NCBI GenBank assembly: GCA_964408775.1 | Contig: CAYPAP010000001.1 | Location: 21,404 to 85,403, forward strand | Source: an uncultured Gammaproteobacteria bacterium | GTDB lineage: Bacteria > Patescibacteriota > Patescibacteriia > Patescibacteriales > UBA12465 | Length of the DNA: 64,000 bases | Direction of reading: 5' to 3' | Notes under the pieces: generated by a model | The model's input: the letters and a program-made list of their open reading frames with translations, nothing else | The model's database searches: none | What the model was told of the DNA's origin: nothing | Made by a program: the position numbers and the translations under genes | Shown: positions 31,284-40,012 of the stretch, in pieces | Layout: every line of letters begins with the position of its first letter | How positions within the stretch are numbered: the first letter of the stretch is position 1

Positions 31284-31802
31284 TTACTCTAATTTTATAT
31301 CAAAAACATCTAGCAATCCAATTACTTCTGGAATTGAAAACTTCGTTTTTTTAAGAATATTTTGATTTGGATCTATACTATAATTTCTGGAACTTTTGAA
31401 AGATGCAAAACTCAAATTTGAATTTTGAAAACGGCTACTCTTCAAATCGGAATTTTCAAAATTTGCTCTTGTTAAATTAGTTTCTATAAAATCACATTCA
31501 AATATTTGGCAACTTTTAAAAATAGTATTTTTCAAGTCCAAATCAAAAAATACAGACATGGAAATAAAACAACTTTCAAAAGCAAAACTAATAATTAATT
31601 TATTACATTGAGAAAAATTTAACCCCATGATTTTACAACTTTTGAAAATAGTATCTTGAATTCGAGTGTTTTCTAAGTTTACATTAGATAAATTACAATT
31701 TTCAAAAACACAATTGGTAAAACCTGAATCCTTAAAAGACTTATCTGTAAAATTTACATTCTTAAAAGTTCTCGATTCAAATTCATTATTCTGATATTCC
31801 AT
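31284..31802 (-). CDS. pentapeptide repeat protein
   Basis: tandem [S/T/C]xFxx / xxLxx five-residue repeats throughout. Confidence 0.92.
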   Translation of the reverse strand: MEYQNNEFESRTFKNVNFTDKSFKDSGFTNCVFENCNLSNVNLENTRIQDTIFKSCKIMGLNFSQCNKLIISFAFESCFISMSVFFDLDLKNTIFKSCQIFECDFIETNLTRANFENSDLKSSRFQNSNLSFASFKSSRNYSIDPNQNILKKTKFSIPEVIGLLDVFDIKLE

Positions 31803-31856
31803 AAAAAATAGATATTTTTAATTCTTTATAATTTTTATCCACCTTAAATTAATCAA

Positions 31857-32075
31857 TCATAACATCGGAATTTAACGAAGTCATCGAGGGCGATTTGGGA
31901 AAAATGCGAGCTGAGCATTTTTTCGTTACCCCGAGCCGATAGGCGGAGCTCAGCGTGGTCGAGGTGAAGCCGAAGAAGTCGACAAGTGGCAATTACTTTT
32001 GCATGAACTTATAGATTCCGTACAACACTAGCGCAGCAATAGAGACTATAACCGAAGTCATCGGATTCCACATCG
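31857..32075 (-). other. attC/attI-like GC-rich recombination-site region
   Basis: minus-strand GTTATGA (about 31863) and GTTGTAC (about 32026) core-like sites; CGAAGTCATCG direct repeat at 31876 and 32053; internal hairpins; lies between integrase and cargo gene. Confidence 0.5.
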
Positions 32076-32176
32076 CAGAAAATAATACTATTAAAGCAGC
32101 TATTATTGCAAAGCCCCCTTCTTTTTTTGAGTCTAGTTTTTTCATGGTGATTTACATTAAATTAATAAAGAAAAAT

Positions 32177-32970
32177 ATGCAAACTCAATTAAATCTCTTA
32201 AAAAGAGAGTTAAAAATAAGGAATTATAGCCCCAAAACTATTGCGTCCTATCTTTATGGGTTAAAAGAATATCTAACATTTAAAAAAGAAAAATTAGGTA
32301 CTTTCGATGAAAATATTATTAAAAATTTTCTTTTAAGTTCTAAAAGCAAAATATCTCCACAAAGTCAAAACATATATCTCGGAGCTATTAAGTTTTATTA
32401 CTATAATATTATTAAAATTAACAAAAAAATAGAAATAAAATCAGTTAAAAAAATCAAAAAACTTCCCGTGGTTCTCTCGCGCCAAGAAATAGAAAAAATA
32501 TTAAATTCAATTTCTAATAAAAAACATAAATTATTAATAGCAGTCTCTTATGGAGCGGGGTTGAGAGTAAGCGAAATTATTTCTCTAAAAGTTAAAGATG
32601 TTGATTTAGAAGAACTAACAATACATATCAAAAACGCCAAAGGAAGAAAAGATCGAATTAGCATATTACCAGAAAAAATAGTAAAAGACCTGAGAGAAAT
32701 AATTGAATCTAAAAATTTAAATAACTATATTTTTGGGAGCAACAGAGGCGGAAAATTGAATTCTAGAACTGCTCAAAAAGTTTTTGAAAAGGCCTTGAAA
32801 AAGACGCCACCTTCCACAGCTTGCGTCATAGCTTCGCTACTCACCTATTAGAAAACGGGGTTGATGTTCGCTATGTTCAGGAATTATTAGGTCATCAAAA
32901 CATTAGAACAACTCAAATCTATGTCCAGGTTACTAATCCTAAATTAAAAAATATAAAAAGTCCCTTATGA
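32177..32970 (+). pseudogene. tyrosine recombinase (XerD / integron-integrase-like with N-terminal SAM-like domain), frameshifted
   Basis: RNYSPKT..SY, YGAGLRVSE, AKGRKDR in frame 0; after TTG AAA AAG (32795-32803) the -1 frame reads [19 protein letters not shown]...[13 protein letters not shown]...SPL*. Confidence 0.9.
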
Positions 32971-32973
32971 CAA

Positions 32974-34125
32974 TCATCTTATCGGGCTAAACTTCCTCAA
33001 CCTCTCCACCGTCTTAGCTAATTTAGCTACAACATAATCAACCTCTTTCTTGTTATTGTATCTCCCCCAAGAAAACCTAACATTACTATTCATATATTTT
33101 TTATCAATTCCCATAGCAGTGATTACCGAAGAAACCTTAAGATTCTGAGCTGAACAAGCCGAACCAGTAGAAACATAAATTCCAGAAACAGATAAGTCAA
33201 TCAAAATCGCCTCCCCTTCTATACCCTCGAACATAATATTCAAATTATTTGGCACTCTATTTTTTAAATCACCATTAAGCCGAATATTTTTTATTTTTTT
33301 AGCTACTTCCTTCCAAAAATAATCACGTAATTCTTTTACTTTTTTTAAATATTCGCTTCTTTCAGCGTAAGCCAACTTCAAAGCCTCGGTCATACCAACA
33401 ATTCCAGCCATATTATAGGTTCCGGCCCTTAGCCCATTCTCCTGCCCCCCACCAACAATTATTGGCCTTATTTTCACATCTTTGTTCACATAAGCCAAAC
33501 CAACCCCCTGAGGTCCATAAAATTTATGAGCCGACAAAGATAAAAAATCAACTCCCCATTTTTTAATATTAATTTTTAAATATGGCACGGCCTGGACAGC
33601 ATCGGTGTGAAAATACACCCCCTTAGACCGAGCAATTTTTCCAATCTCCTCCATCGGTTGAATACTGCCGACTTCATTATTGACCGCCATAACTGAAATT
33701 AAAACTGTATCTGGTTTTATCTTTTTCTTCAGCTCCTCTAAAAGAACTACTCCGTTTTTATCTACTGGAATATAATCAAATCTAAAACCTTCATCCAATA
33801 ACTCTCTAGCTGAAGCCAAAACACAGGGGTGCTCAATAGCGGAAATTAAAAAATGTTTACCCTTATCAGAATTAGCGCGCATTACTCCTTTAATAATCAG
33901 GTTATTAGCCTCAGTGGCAGTGGAGGTAAAAATAATATTATCAGCTTGACCATGCAAAATTTTAGCAATATCTTTTTTACATTGATTAATTTTAATATCA
34001 TTTTCCTGACCCATAAAATGAATGGAGGAGGCATTGCCATATTTAGTATCAAAATATGGCATCATTTTTTTTAATACCCTTTTGTCAATCTTGGTAGTGG
34101 CGGCGTTATCTAAATATATTTGCAT
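32974..34125 (-). CDS. iscS: cysteine desulfurase IscS/NifS
   Basis: YLDNAATT, HTDAVQ, SAHKFYGP, STGSACS. Confidence 0.95.
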   Translation of the reverse strand: MQIYLDNAATTKIDKRVLKKMMPYFDTKYGNASSIHFMGQENDIKINQCKKDIAKILHGQADNIIFTSTATEANNLIIKGVMRANSDKGKHFLISAIEHPCVLASARELLDEGFRFDYIPVDKNGVVLLEELKKKIKPDTVLISVMAVNNEVGSIQPMEEIGKIARSKGVYFHTDAVQAVPYLKINIKKWGVDFLSLSAHKFYGPQGVGLAYVNKDVKIRPIIVGGGQENGLRAGTYNMAGIVGMTEALKLAYAERSEYLKKVKELRDYFWKEVAKKIKNIRLNGDLKNRVPNNLNIMFEGIEGEAILIDLSVSGIYVSTGSACSAQNLKVSSVITAMGIDKKYMNSNVRFSWGRYNNKKEVDYVVAKLAKTVERLRKFSPIR

Positions 34126-34128
34126 AAA

Positions 34129-34860
34129 TTATTTTAAATTAACTTTTTTAATTACTACTGGAGTTTCTGGTCTGTCTAGCGACCCAGGCATGATAGTTTT
34201 AACCTCCGATATTTTCTCAATTACATCCATTCCTTCAACAACCTTACCAAAAACTGGATGTTTACTAGCTAAAGGAGCCTTATCGAAGTCTAAAAAGGTA
34301 TTATCAGCAACGTTAATAAAAAACTGTGATCCACCAGAATTAGGTCCGGAATTAGCCATGGAAATTGTACCAATAACATTACTTAATTCTGGATCAGCTA
34401 CATGCTCGTCAGAAATAGCATAACCGGGGCCACCTGTTCCCCATAAACCTTGTTGACTATCATCTTTGGTCAAAGGATCACCACCTTGAATCATAAAGTC
34501 TTTAATAACACGATGAAATTTGATTCCATCAAAATAACCATCTTCAGCTAAAGTTAAAAAATTGGCTACAGTAATCGGCATTTTGTCATTGAAAAATTCA
34601 ATAGTGAAATTTCCTAAACTAGTTTCAAACTCAGCTTGAGAATATTTTTCTAAAATTTCTTTATTCATATTATTATTTAAATTATTATCAACTTCAACCA
34701 GATTTTCATCGGCGGAAGAATTATTAGTTAAATTATTATTAATATTATTTTGCCCGCCCAAGTCTTCGGAATAATCAAAAGTCATTCTTTTAGAAGAGCA
34801 AGCTGAAAAAACTAAAGTTAAGGACAAAATTAGAAATGAAAATATTATTTTTTTGTTCAT
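34129..34860 (-). CDS. cyclophilin-type peptidyl-prolyl isomerase, lipoprotein
   Basis: lipobox-like VFSAC; FHRVIKDFMIQGGDP; GSQFFI; HPVFGKV. Confidence 0.93.
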   Translation of the reverse strand: MNKKIIFSFLILSLTLVFSACSSKRMTFDYSEDLGGQNNINNNLTNNSSADENLVEVDNNLNNNMNKEILEKYSQAEFETSLGNFTIEFFNDKMPITVANFLTLAEDGYFDGIKFHRVIKDFMIQGGDPLTKDDSQQGLWGTGGPGYAISDEHVADPELSNVIGTISMANSGPNSGGSQFFINVADNTFLDFDKAPLASKHPVFGKVVEGMDVIEKISEVKTIMPGSLDRPETPVVIKKVNLK

Positions 34861-34883
34861 ATTTTTATTAATTATTAATTATT

Positions 34884-35159
34884 TTACTCCTTAATATGAA
34901 TAAATATTCTACTATAAGTATCTGCCTTGTCATGATCCGTATGATAAATATCACATTTTTTGCCATCAAGCACAACATCGACCAATATCGGCTCTCTATA
35001 GCCCGATTCGGAATGAGGCGGTTTCTTCTCTACTATAACATCATTAAAGAATCTTAATTCTTTAAAAACACCAGCCTTCTTAATTTCTTCTTCCCAAAAA
35101 TGAGTTCCTTTCCAAACTCTTTCATTATCATTATTTATTTCAAACTTATTGTTTTCCAT
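34884..35159 (-). CDS. hypothetical protein
   Basis: 91-aa ORF filling the space between cca and the cyclophilin on the same strand. Confidence 0.65.
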   Translation of the reverse strand: MENNKFEINNDNERVWKGTHFWEEEIKKAGVFKELRFFNDVIVEKKPPHSESGYREPILVDVVLDGKKCDIYHTDHDKADTYSRIFIHIKE

Positions 35160-35196
35160 ATTTTTTAATTAATTACGAATTAATAAGCGAATAACC

Positions 35197-35224
35197 CTGG
35201 ATTCCAGCCTTCGCTGGAATGACA
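35197..35224. repeat. short REP-like palindrome
   Basis: minus strand TGTCATTCCAGC-GAAG-GCTGGAATCCAG. Confidence 0.65.
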
Positions 35225-35233
35225 AGACAGACG

Positions 35234-36739
35234 TTATACTTTAAATTTTTTCTTAATATCCTTATCCTCCTCTTCCCTTTTTTCCTCAATAACCTCCTTA
35301 GCCTGAGCTCGCAATTCTTCTAGATTCAGTTTATCTAATTCCTTGGCTCTTTTCAAGAGAATTTTTTTATCATTTAATTCTGGGTTTTCCAAAACCTCAG
35401 CCAATAACACATCCAAGATAGCTCCCATTTTTGGCCCAGCCTCCATTTTTAACTCTGAAATTAGGACGTCACCATTAACTTCTAGCATTTTCACAGAAAC
35501 CGGATCATTTTGCACCTTTTCCATCATATACTGTAAGTGACGAAGCTTATATGGCATAGCCTTGGGTGTACCCGAGCCTAAACGATCTGCCACACGCAAA
35601 TGAATTAAATCTTGCAAATTATCTCGACCAGTTTTAGCAATCAATCGTCGAACTGAAGCTGCAGTTACCTCACCAACATTATAATAAAACATATGGTTTC
35701 TAACCAAATTAGTCACCATATCAATATCGGAATTAGAAAATTTTAAACGAGTCATAATTTTCCGTGTCATCCTAGCTCCAATGTATTCATGATTATAAAA
35801 AGTTCTTTGACCTTCAATAATTTTCATAGACTGAGGCTTACCCACGTCATGCAAAAGTGAAGCTAGTCTAACTTGCCACTTAGGACTAGGACAATTTTTC
35901 AGAGATAAAAAATTATGTTTCAAAACCGTGTAAACATGATGATGATTTTGCTCCATATCAGCTCCCACTAATAACTCTGGTAATATATATTGTAATAATT
36001 TAGTTTTCTGTAAATAAAGAAAACCTTTATAAGCTGGCTCGCCTGAATTAGTGCTACTGCCGGCTTGCAGAATCTTAATCAACTCATCCTTGATTCTCTC
36101 TTTGGCAATAAATTTTAAACTTCCGGCCATTTTTAAAATAGCCCTTTCCGTCTTTGGCTCTAACTCAAAATTAAGCTGAGCTGAAAAACGAACAGCTCGC
36201 ATCATGCGCAAAGCATCTTCCTTAAATCTATCAACTGGCTCACCTACGGCTCTGATTATTTTAAGATTAATATCTTTTAATCCCCCAAAAATATCAACCA
36301 AATAAAAACTTTTATCACCAATCTTAACCTCTAGGGATTTGTATTTGTCACTTTTTTTACTATCAGCCGGGCGCAGCGCCATGGCATTAATAGTAAAATC
36401 TCTTCTCATTAAATCTTTCTCTAAATCCTTCTCAAAAATAACACTATCTGGTCGACGATGATCACGATAAGTGCTTTCGCTGCGATAAGTTGTAATTTCT
36501 AAAACTGTTAGCACCTTCCCCTGCCTATCTTTAATAGCTAATATGACTGTGCCAAAATCATTTTCGTATTTAGCCTCGGGGAAAACCCGCAAAATCTCTT
36601 CTGGCAAGGCATCAGTAGTTATATCAAAATCAACTGGGATTTTTCCCATTAATAAATCACGTACGCTTCCGCCTACTAAATAAGCCTCAAATCCGGCTTT
36701 TTCTAAATCTTTAATTGTCTTTAAAGCAAATTCCAACAT
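35234..36739 (-). CDS. cca: CCA tRNA nucleotidyltransferase with HD domain
   Basis: VGGSVRD, DFD, RRDFTINA, EDALRMMR, LLHDVGK. Confidence 0.93.
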   Translation of the reverse strand: MLEFALKTIKDLEKAGFEAYLVGGSVRDLLMGKIPVDFDITTDALPEEILRVFPEAKYENDFGTVILAIKDRQGKVLTVLEITTYRSESTYRDHRRPDSVIFEKDLEKDLMRRDFTINAMALRPADSKKSDKYKSLEVKIGDKSFYLVDIFGGLKDINLKIIRAVGEPVDRFKEDALRMMRAVRFSAQLNFELEPKTERAILKMAGSLKFIAKERIKDELIKILQAGSSTNSGEPAYKGFLYLQKTKLLQYILPELLVGADMEQNHHHVYTVLKHNFLSLKNCPSPKWQVRLASLLHDVGKPQSMKIIEGQRTFYNHEYIGARMTRKIMTRLKFSNSDIDMVTNLVRNHMFYYNVGEVTAASVRRLIAKTGRDNLQDLIHLRVADRLGSGTPKAMPYKLRHLQYMMEKVQNDPVSVKMLEVNGDVLISELKMEAGPKMGAILDVLLAEVLENPELNDKKILLKRAKELDKLNLEELRAQAKEVIEEKREEEDKDIKKKFKV

Positions 36740-36740
36740 A

Positions 36741-36769
36741 TTGACTTTTGTATAAAAATATGATATAAT
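36741..36769 (+). promoter_or_regulatory. near-consensus sigma70 promoter with no downstream gene
   Basis: TTGACT-N17-TATAAT with TGn extension. Confidence 0.6.
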
Positions 36770-36802
36770 ATAGCTGTTTATAACTAAAGAATAAAATTTT
36801 TG

Positions 36803-36835
36803 AATAAAGAAGCTCTGAGGGCTTCTTTATTTTTT
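36803..36835. terminator. intrinsic terminator (usable in both directions)
   Basis: AATAAAGAAGCTC-TGA-GGGCTTCTTTATT-TTTT. Confidence 0.8.
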
Positions 36836-36858
36836 GTCTAAAATTTTTATACAAAAAA

Positions 36859-37131
36859 TTATTTATCCTCAAACAAACAACTCTTAATCTCCAACCCCTC
36901 TATCTGCCCTAGTCCCAACATAAAAGAATCAATTTTCTCTTTATCAGCTTTAAGAACTAAAACTATTAAACCTGGGCAATTTTCGGTACAATTCTTAGAA
37001 ACATTAACCCCTAAACGAGACATAATTAAGTGTCCATTTTTAGTTAAAAAATCGTTTAACTGACTAGAAACCCTTTGCCTATTAGTTGTTAAAATTGAGA
37101 TACTGGCTAAATGTTCCATATTTTTGATCAA
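36859..37131 (-). CDS. TM1266-like ACT-fold protein associated with [FeFe]-hydrogenases
   Basis: ISIL..NR...QLNDFL...GHLIMSRLGV...LIVLVL pattern; directly downstream of hydA. Confidence 0.7.
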   Translation of the reverse strand: MIKNMEHLASISILTTNRQRVSSQLNDFLTKNGHLIMSRLGVNVSKNCTENCPGLIVLVLKADKEKIDSFMLGLGQIEGLEIKSCLFEDK

Positions 37132-37149
37132 ATTAATTTTAAATTATAA

Positions 37150-38883
37150 TTAAACTAAGTTAATTTTGTCTTTTTTCTTTTTGCTATATTTGGTATGAAG
37201 AACTCTATGATCCTGACTATTATTTTTTAACCATTTAACCACTTCTACGGCCCCCTTATTATCATGGGCTGTTCTTATTTTAATCTTTTTATCCCCTTGA
37301 TACAACCCGGCCGTTCTTTTTGATACAATTTCCATAGAACTAGGTATGGGTTGACCACCGCCACCAATACAACCACCTGGGCAAGCCATCACTTCAATAT
37401 AATCATATTTAGACAAATTGTCCAGCACTCCCTTAATATTACCTATACCATTAACTACTGCTACATTTAATTTTTTACCGGATAAATCAATTTTAGCCTC
37501 TTTTACACCCTCTAAGCCACGCACCTCTTTAAATTCTAGTCTAGAACGACATATTTTAGCTTTTTTAGGGTCACAGATAACATGATGCGCCGTCCTAAGA
37601 GCTGACTCCATAACACCGCCACTAGCCCCATAAATAATTCCGGCCCCACTGCCGTCATTTATTAAATCATTAGATTTTTCTGGTCTTAATTTCTTAAAGT
37701 CAATATTGTTCTTCTTTATCATAAAAGCTAACTCTCTGACCGTTAAAACCTTATCCACCGGTTTTAACTTACCAATTTTAAGCTCAGGCCGAGAAATTTC
37801 AAACTTCTTAGCCGTGCAAGGCATAATAGAAACAATAACAATATCCTCGGGTTTAATTTTTTTCTTTTTAGCCCAGTAGGTTTTAATAATTCCACCTAGA
37901 TGAATTTGCGGCGAACGAGAGCTTGTGAGATGCGGAATTAAATCAGGCCTATAAAACTCTAAGTATTTAACCCAAGCTGGACAACAAGAAGTCATTAAAG
38001 GTAACCCAGCCTTTTTATCATTCAATCTTTCTAATAATTCCTCGGCCTCAACTAAAGTAGTTACATCGGCGCCAAAAACCACATCCATAACCTGGTCAAA
38101 TCCTAATTTCTTTAAGGCTGCTACCATTTTTCCACTATTATTTTGCCCGTAAGGCAGGCCGAACTCCTCTCCAATAGAAACCCTGGTTGAAGGAGCAATC
38201 ATGGCTATTAAAGTTTTCTTACCTTTTTTAGCTAAAATGTCTTCCACTTCCCCCCAATTATATTGCTCCTGAGCTGAGGCCACTGGACAATGGAGAGCAC
38301 ATTGCCCACAATAAATACAATCGATATTGGGGTCTTGAGTAGGCACTATTTCCTGCGCAGCTCCCTTCCCTTTTATTTCTAAGTAATTTATTTTTTGAAT
38401 ATCAGAGCAAGCATCCACACAATTACGACAATCTATACACTGAGACCCATCAATTTCCACGGCATTAGCAAATTTATATGTTTTACGTTTTACTTTTCTG
38501 TCTTGAAAATTAGTAACTTTCAAATCATACTTTTTTGCTAGGTTTAATAAATCACAATTATATTTTAAAGTGCAACCAAAACATTTCTCAGTATGTTCGG
38601 CAAAAATTAATTTCAAATTAGTGTTACGAGCTTTTTTAACTTTAGGCGAATTTGTAAATATTTCTATTCCATTCTCGGCTAAAACTGAACAAGAGGTCAT
38701 TAATTTATCACAATCCTTCACCTCAACCACACAAACACGACAATTAGCCTTAATTTTTAGGTCTGGGTGATAACATAAAGAAGGAATAAATATTTTATTA
38801 TTCCGAGCTATTTCCAAGATAGTCTGACCTAAATAGCCCTGACATTTTTTACCATCTATTTTTATTTCTATTTTTTTTGGCAT
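37150..38883 (-). CDS. hydA: [FeFe]-hydrogenase catalytic subunit (group A, with accessory Fe-S domains)
   Basis: H-cluster motifs TSCCPAW, MPCTAKKFE, EVMACPGGCIGGGGQP; N-terminal 2Fe-2S, HxxxCxxCxxxxxC and two CxxCxxCxxxC motifs. Confidence 0.95.
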   Translation of the reverse strand: MPKKIEIKIDGKKCQGYLGQTILEIARNNKIFIPSLCYHPDLKIKANCRVCVVEVKDCDKLMTSCSVLAENGIEIFTNSPKVKKARNTNLKLIFAEHTEKCFGCTLKYNCDLLNLAKKYDLKVTNFQDRKVKRKTYKFANAVEIDGSQCIDCRNCVDACSDIQKINYLEIKGKGAAQEIVPTQDPNIDCIYCGQCALHCPVASAQEQYNWGEVEDILAKKGKKTLIAMIAPSTRVSIGEEFGLPYGQNNSGKMVAALKKLGFDQVMDVVFGADVTTLVEAEELLERLNDKKAGLPLMTSCCPAWVKYLEFYRPDLIPHLTSSRSPQIHLGGIIKTYWAKKKKIKPEDIVIVSIMPCTAKKFEISRPELKIGKLKPVDKVLTVRELAFMIKKNNIDFKKLRPEKSNDLINDGSGAGIIYGASGGVMESALRTAHHVICDPKKAKICRSRLEFKEVRGLEGVKEAKIDLSGKKLNVAVVNGIGNIKGVLDNLSKYDYIEVMACPGGCIGGGGQPIPSSMEIVSKRTAGLYQGDKKIKIRTAHDNKGAVEVVKWLKNNSQDHRVLHTKYSKKKKDKINLV

Positions 38884-39884
38884 AAATTTGGATAAACATT
38901 TTTAAAATAACTTAAAATAGCGATAGGAGCACAGGCCCCCAAGGCGCAAAAAGAAGATGTTTCTAAATTTTTACATAAATCAACAAAATCACTAACATCT
39001 TTTAAATATGAACGTTTATTTTTAAATAACTCTAATAAACGATAAGTGCCCTCGCGGCAAGGAGTGCATTGACCGCAAGAATTATCGGCGAAAAAACTCA
39101 ACCAATAATTAACCAGCTTTTCAGGTCGATGATTAGAAAGTTTATAAATAGTGATAGACCCGGCACCGGGAACTTTTCTTCTTAATTGTTTCTGATTAAA
39201 TACTTCCCCGCTAGCATCTCCGCCCACTTGAACAAAAAAATCGTATTTAGGATAGTTTTTAGTTTTGATTAAAACATCTTTAATACTTAAATCATCTGGC
39301 AAACTATAAACACCCTTGTTTTTATTTTCTATATTAATAGAATAAAATCTCTCACCAGAAAATTTATTTATACTAACTAAATAAACGTCATATAAGGTCT
39401 CAATATTATTAATCAAAGTCGGTTGGCCAAAAAGTCCCTTTTCGGTTGGAAATGGGGGGCGTAATCGAGGTTCGGCTCTCCCGCCTTCAATGATATTTAA
39501 AATAGTACTTTCCTCCCCACCAATATATCCAGCCCCTTTTGGTTTTTTGATTATTTCAAATTTCCCCTTTAAACCAGCCTTATTAAATTCTTTTATTATC
39601 TTGTTCTTATAAATATCATAATATTTACCATTGAGATAAAAATAAATTTTGGTAGCCTTAATGGTGTCGGAGGCGATCTTAACACCAATAGAAAATTCTT
39701 TTAATAAATTTTTAATAATATAACCATCCTTATAAATACCAGGTTCTCCCTCGGCTCCATTTATTATTAAATATTTAGTTTTGCTTTTAGCCTTGGCTAC
39801 GGATTGCCACTTAATATGAGTTGGGAAACCAGCCCCACCTCGGCCAAGCAAACAAGCTTTTTCTATTTTTTTTATTATCGACAT
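38868..39884 (-). CDS. NuoF/HydB-like NADH-binding flavoprotein subunit (short form)
   Basis: GRGGAGFPT, EGEPG, GAGYIGGEE, PRLRPPFP, SCGQCTPCREG, FCALG; overlaps hydA start. Confidence 0.92.
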   Translation of the reverse strand: MSIIKKIEKACLLGRGGAGFPTHIKWQSVAKAKSKTKYLIINGAEGEPGIYKDGYIIKNLLKEFSIGVKIASDTIKATKIYFYLNGKYYDIYKNKIIKEFNKAGLKGKFEIIKKPKGAGYIGGEESTILNIIEGGRAEPRLRPPFPTEKGLFGQPTLINNIETLYDVYLVSINKFSGERFYSINIENKNKGVYSLPDDLSIKDVLIKTKNYPKYDFFVQVGGDASGEVFNQKQLRRKVPGAGSITIYKLSNHRPEKLVNYWLSFFADNSCGQCTPCREGTYRLLELFKNKRSYLKDVSDFVDLCKNLETSSFCALGACAPIAILSYFKNVYPNLCQKK

Positions 39885-39919
39885 ACTTTATGATTAATTT
39901 TTATATCATTTCCTTGTCA

Positions 39920-39990
39920 TCCTCCGCTCAGATTATTCTTCGAGTAATTGAGCAAACCCACTCGATAGCAAGGCTATCCGAATGGGTAAA
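39920..39990. repeat. diverged inverted copy of the 73-bp double-hairpin unit
   Basis: TCCTCCGCTCAGATTATTCTTCGAGTAATTGAGCAAACCCACTCGATAGCAAGGCTATCCGAATGGGTAAA aligns without gaps to the reverse complement of 23379-23449. Confidence 0.85.
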
Positions 39991-40012
39991 TTTATTAATT
40001 ATCCTAATTCTC

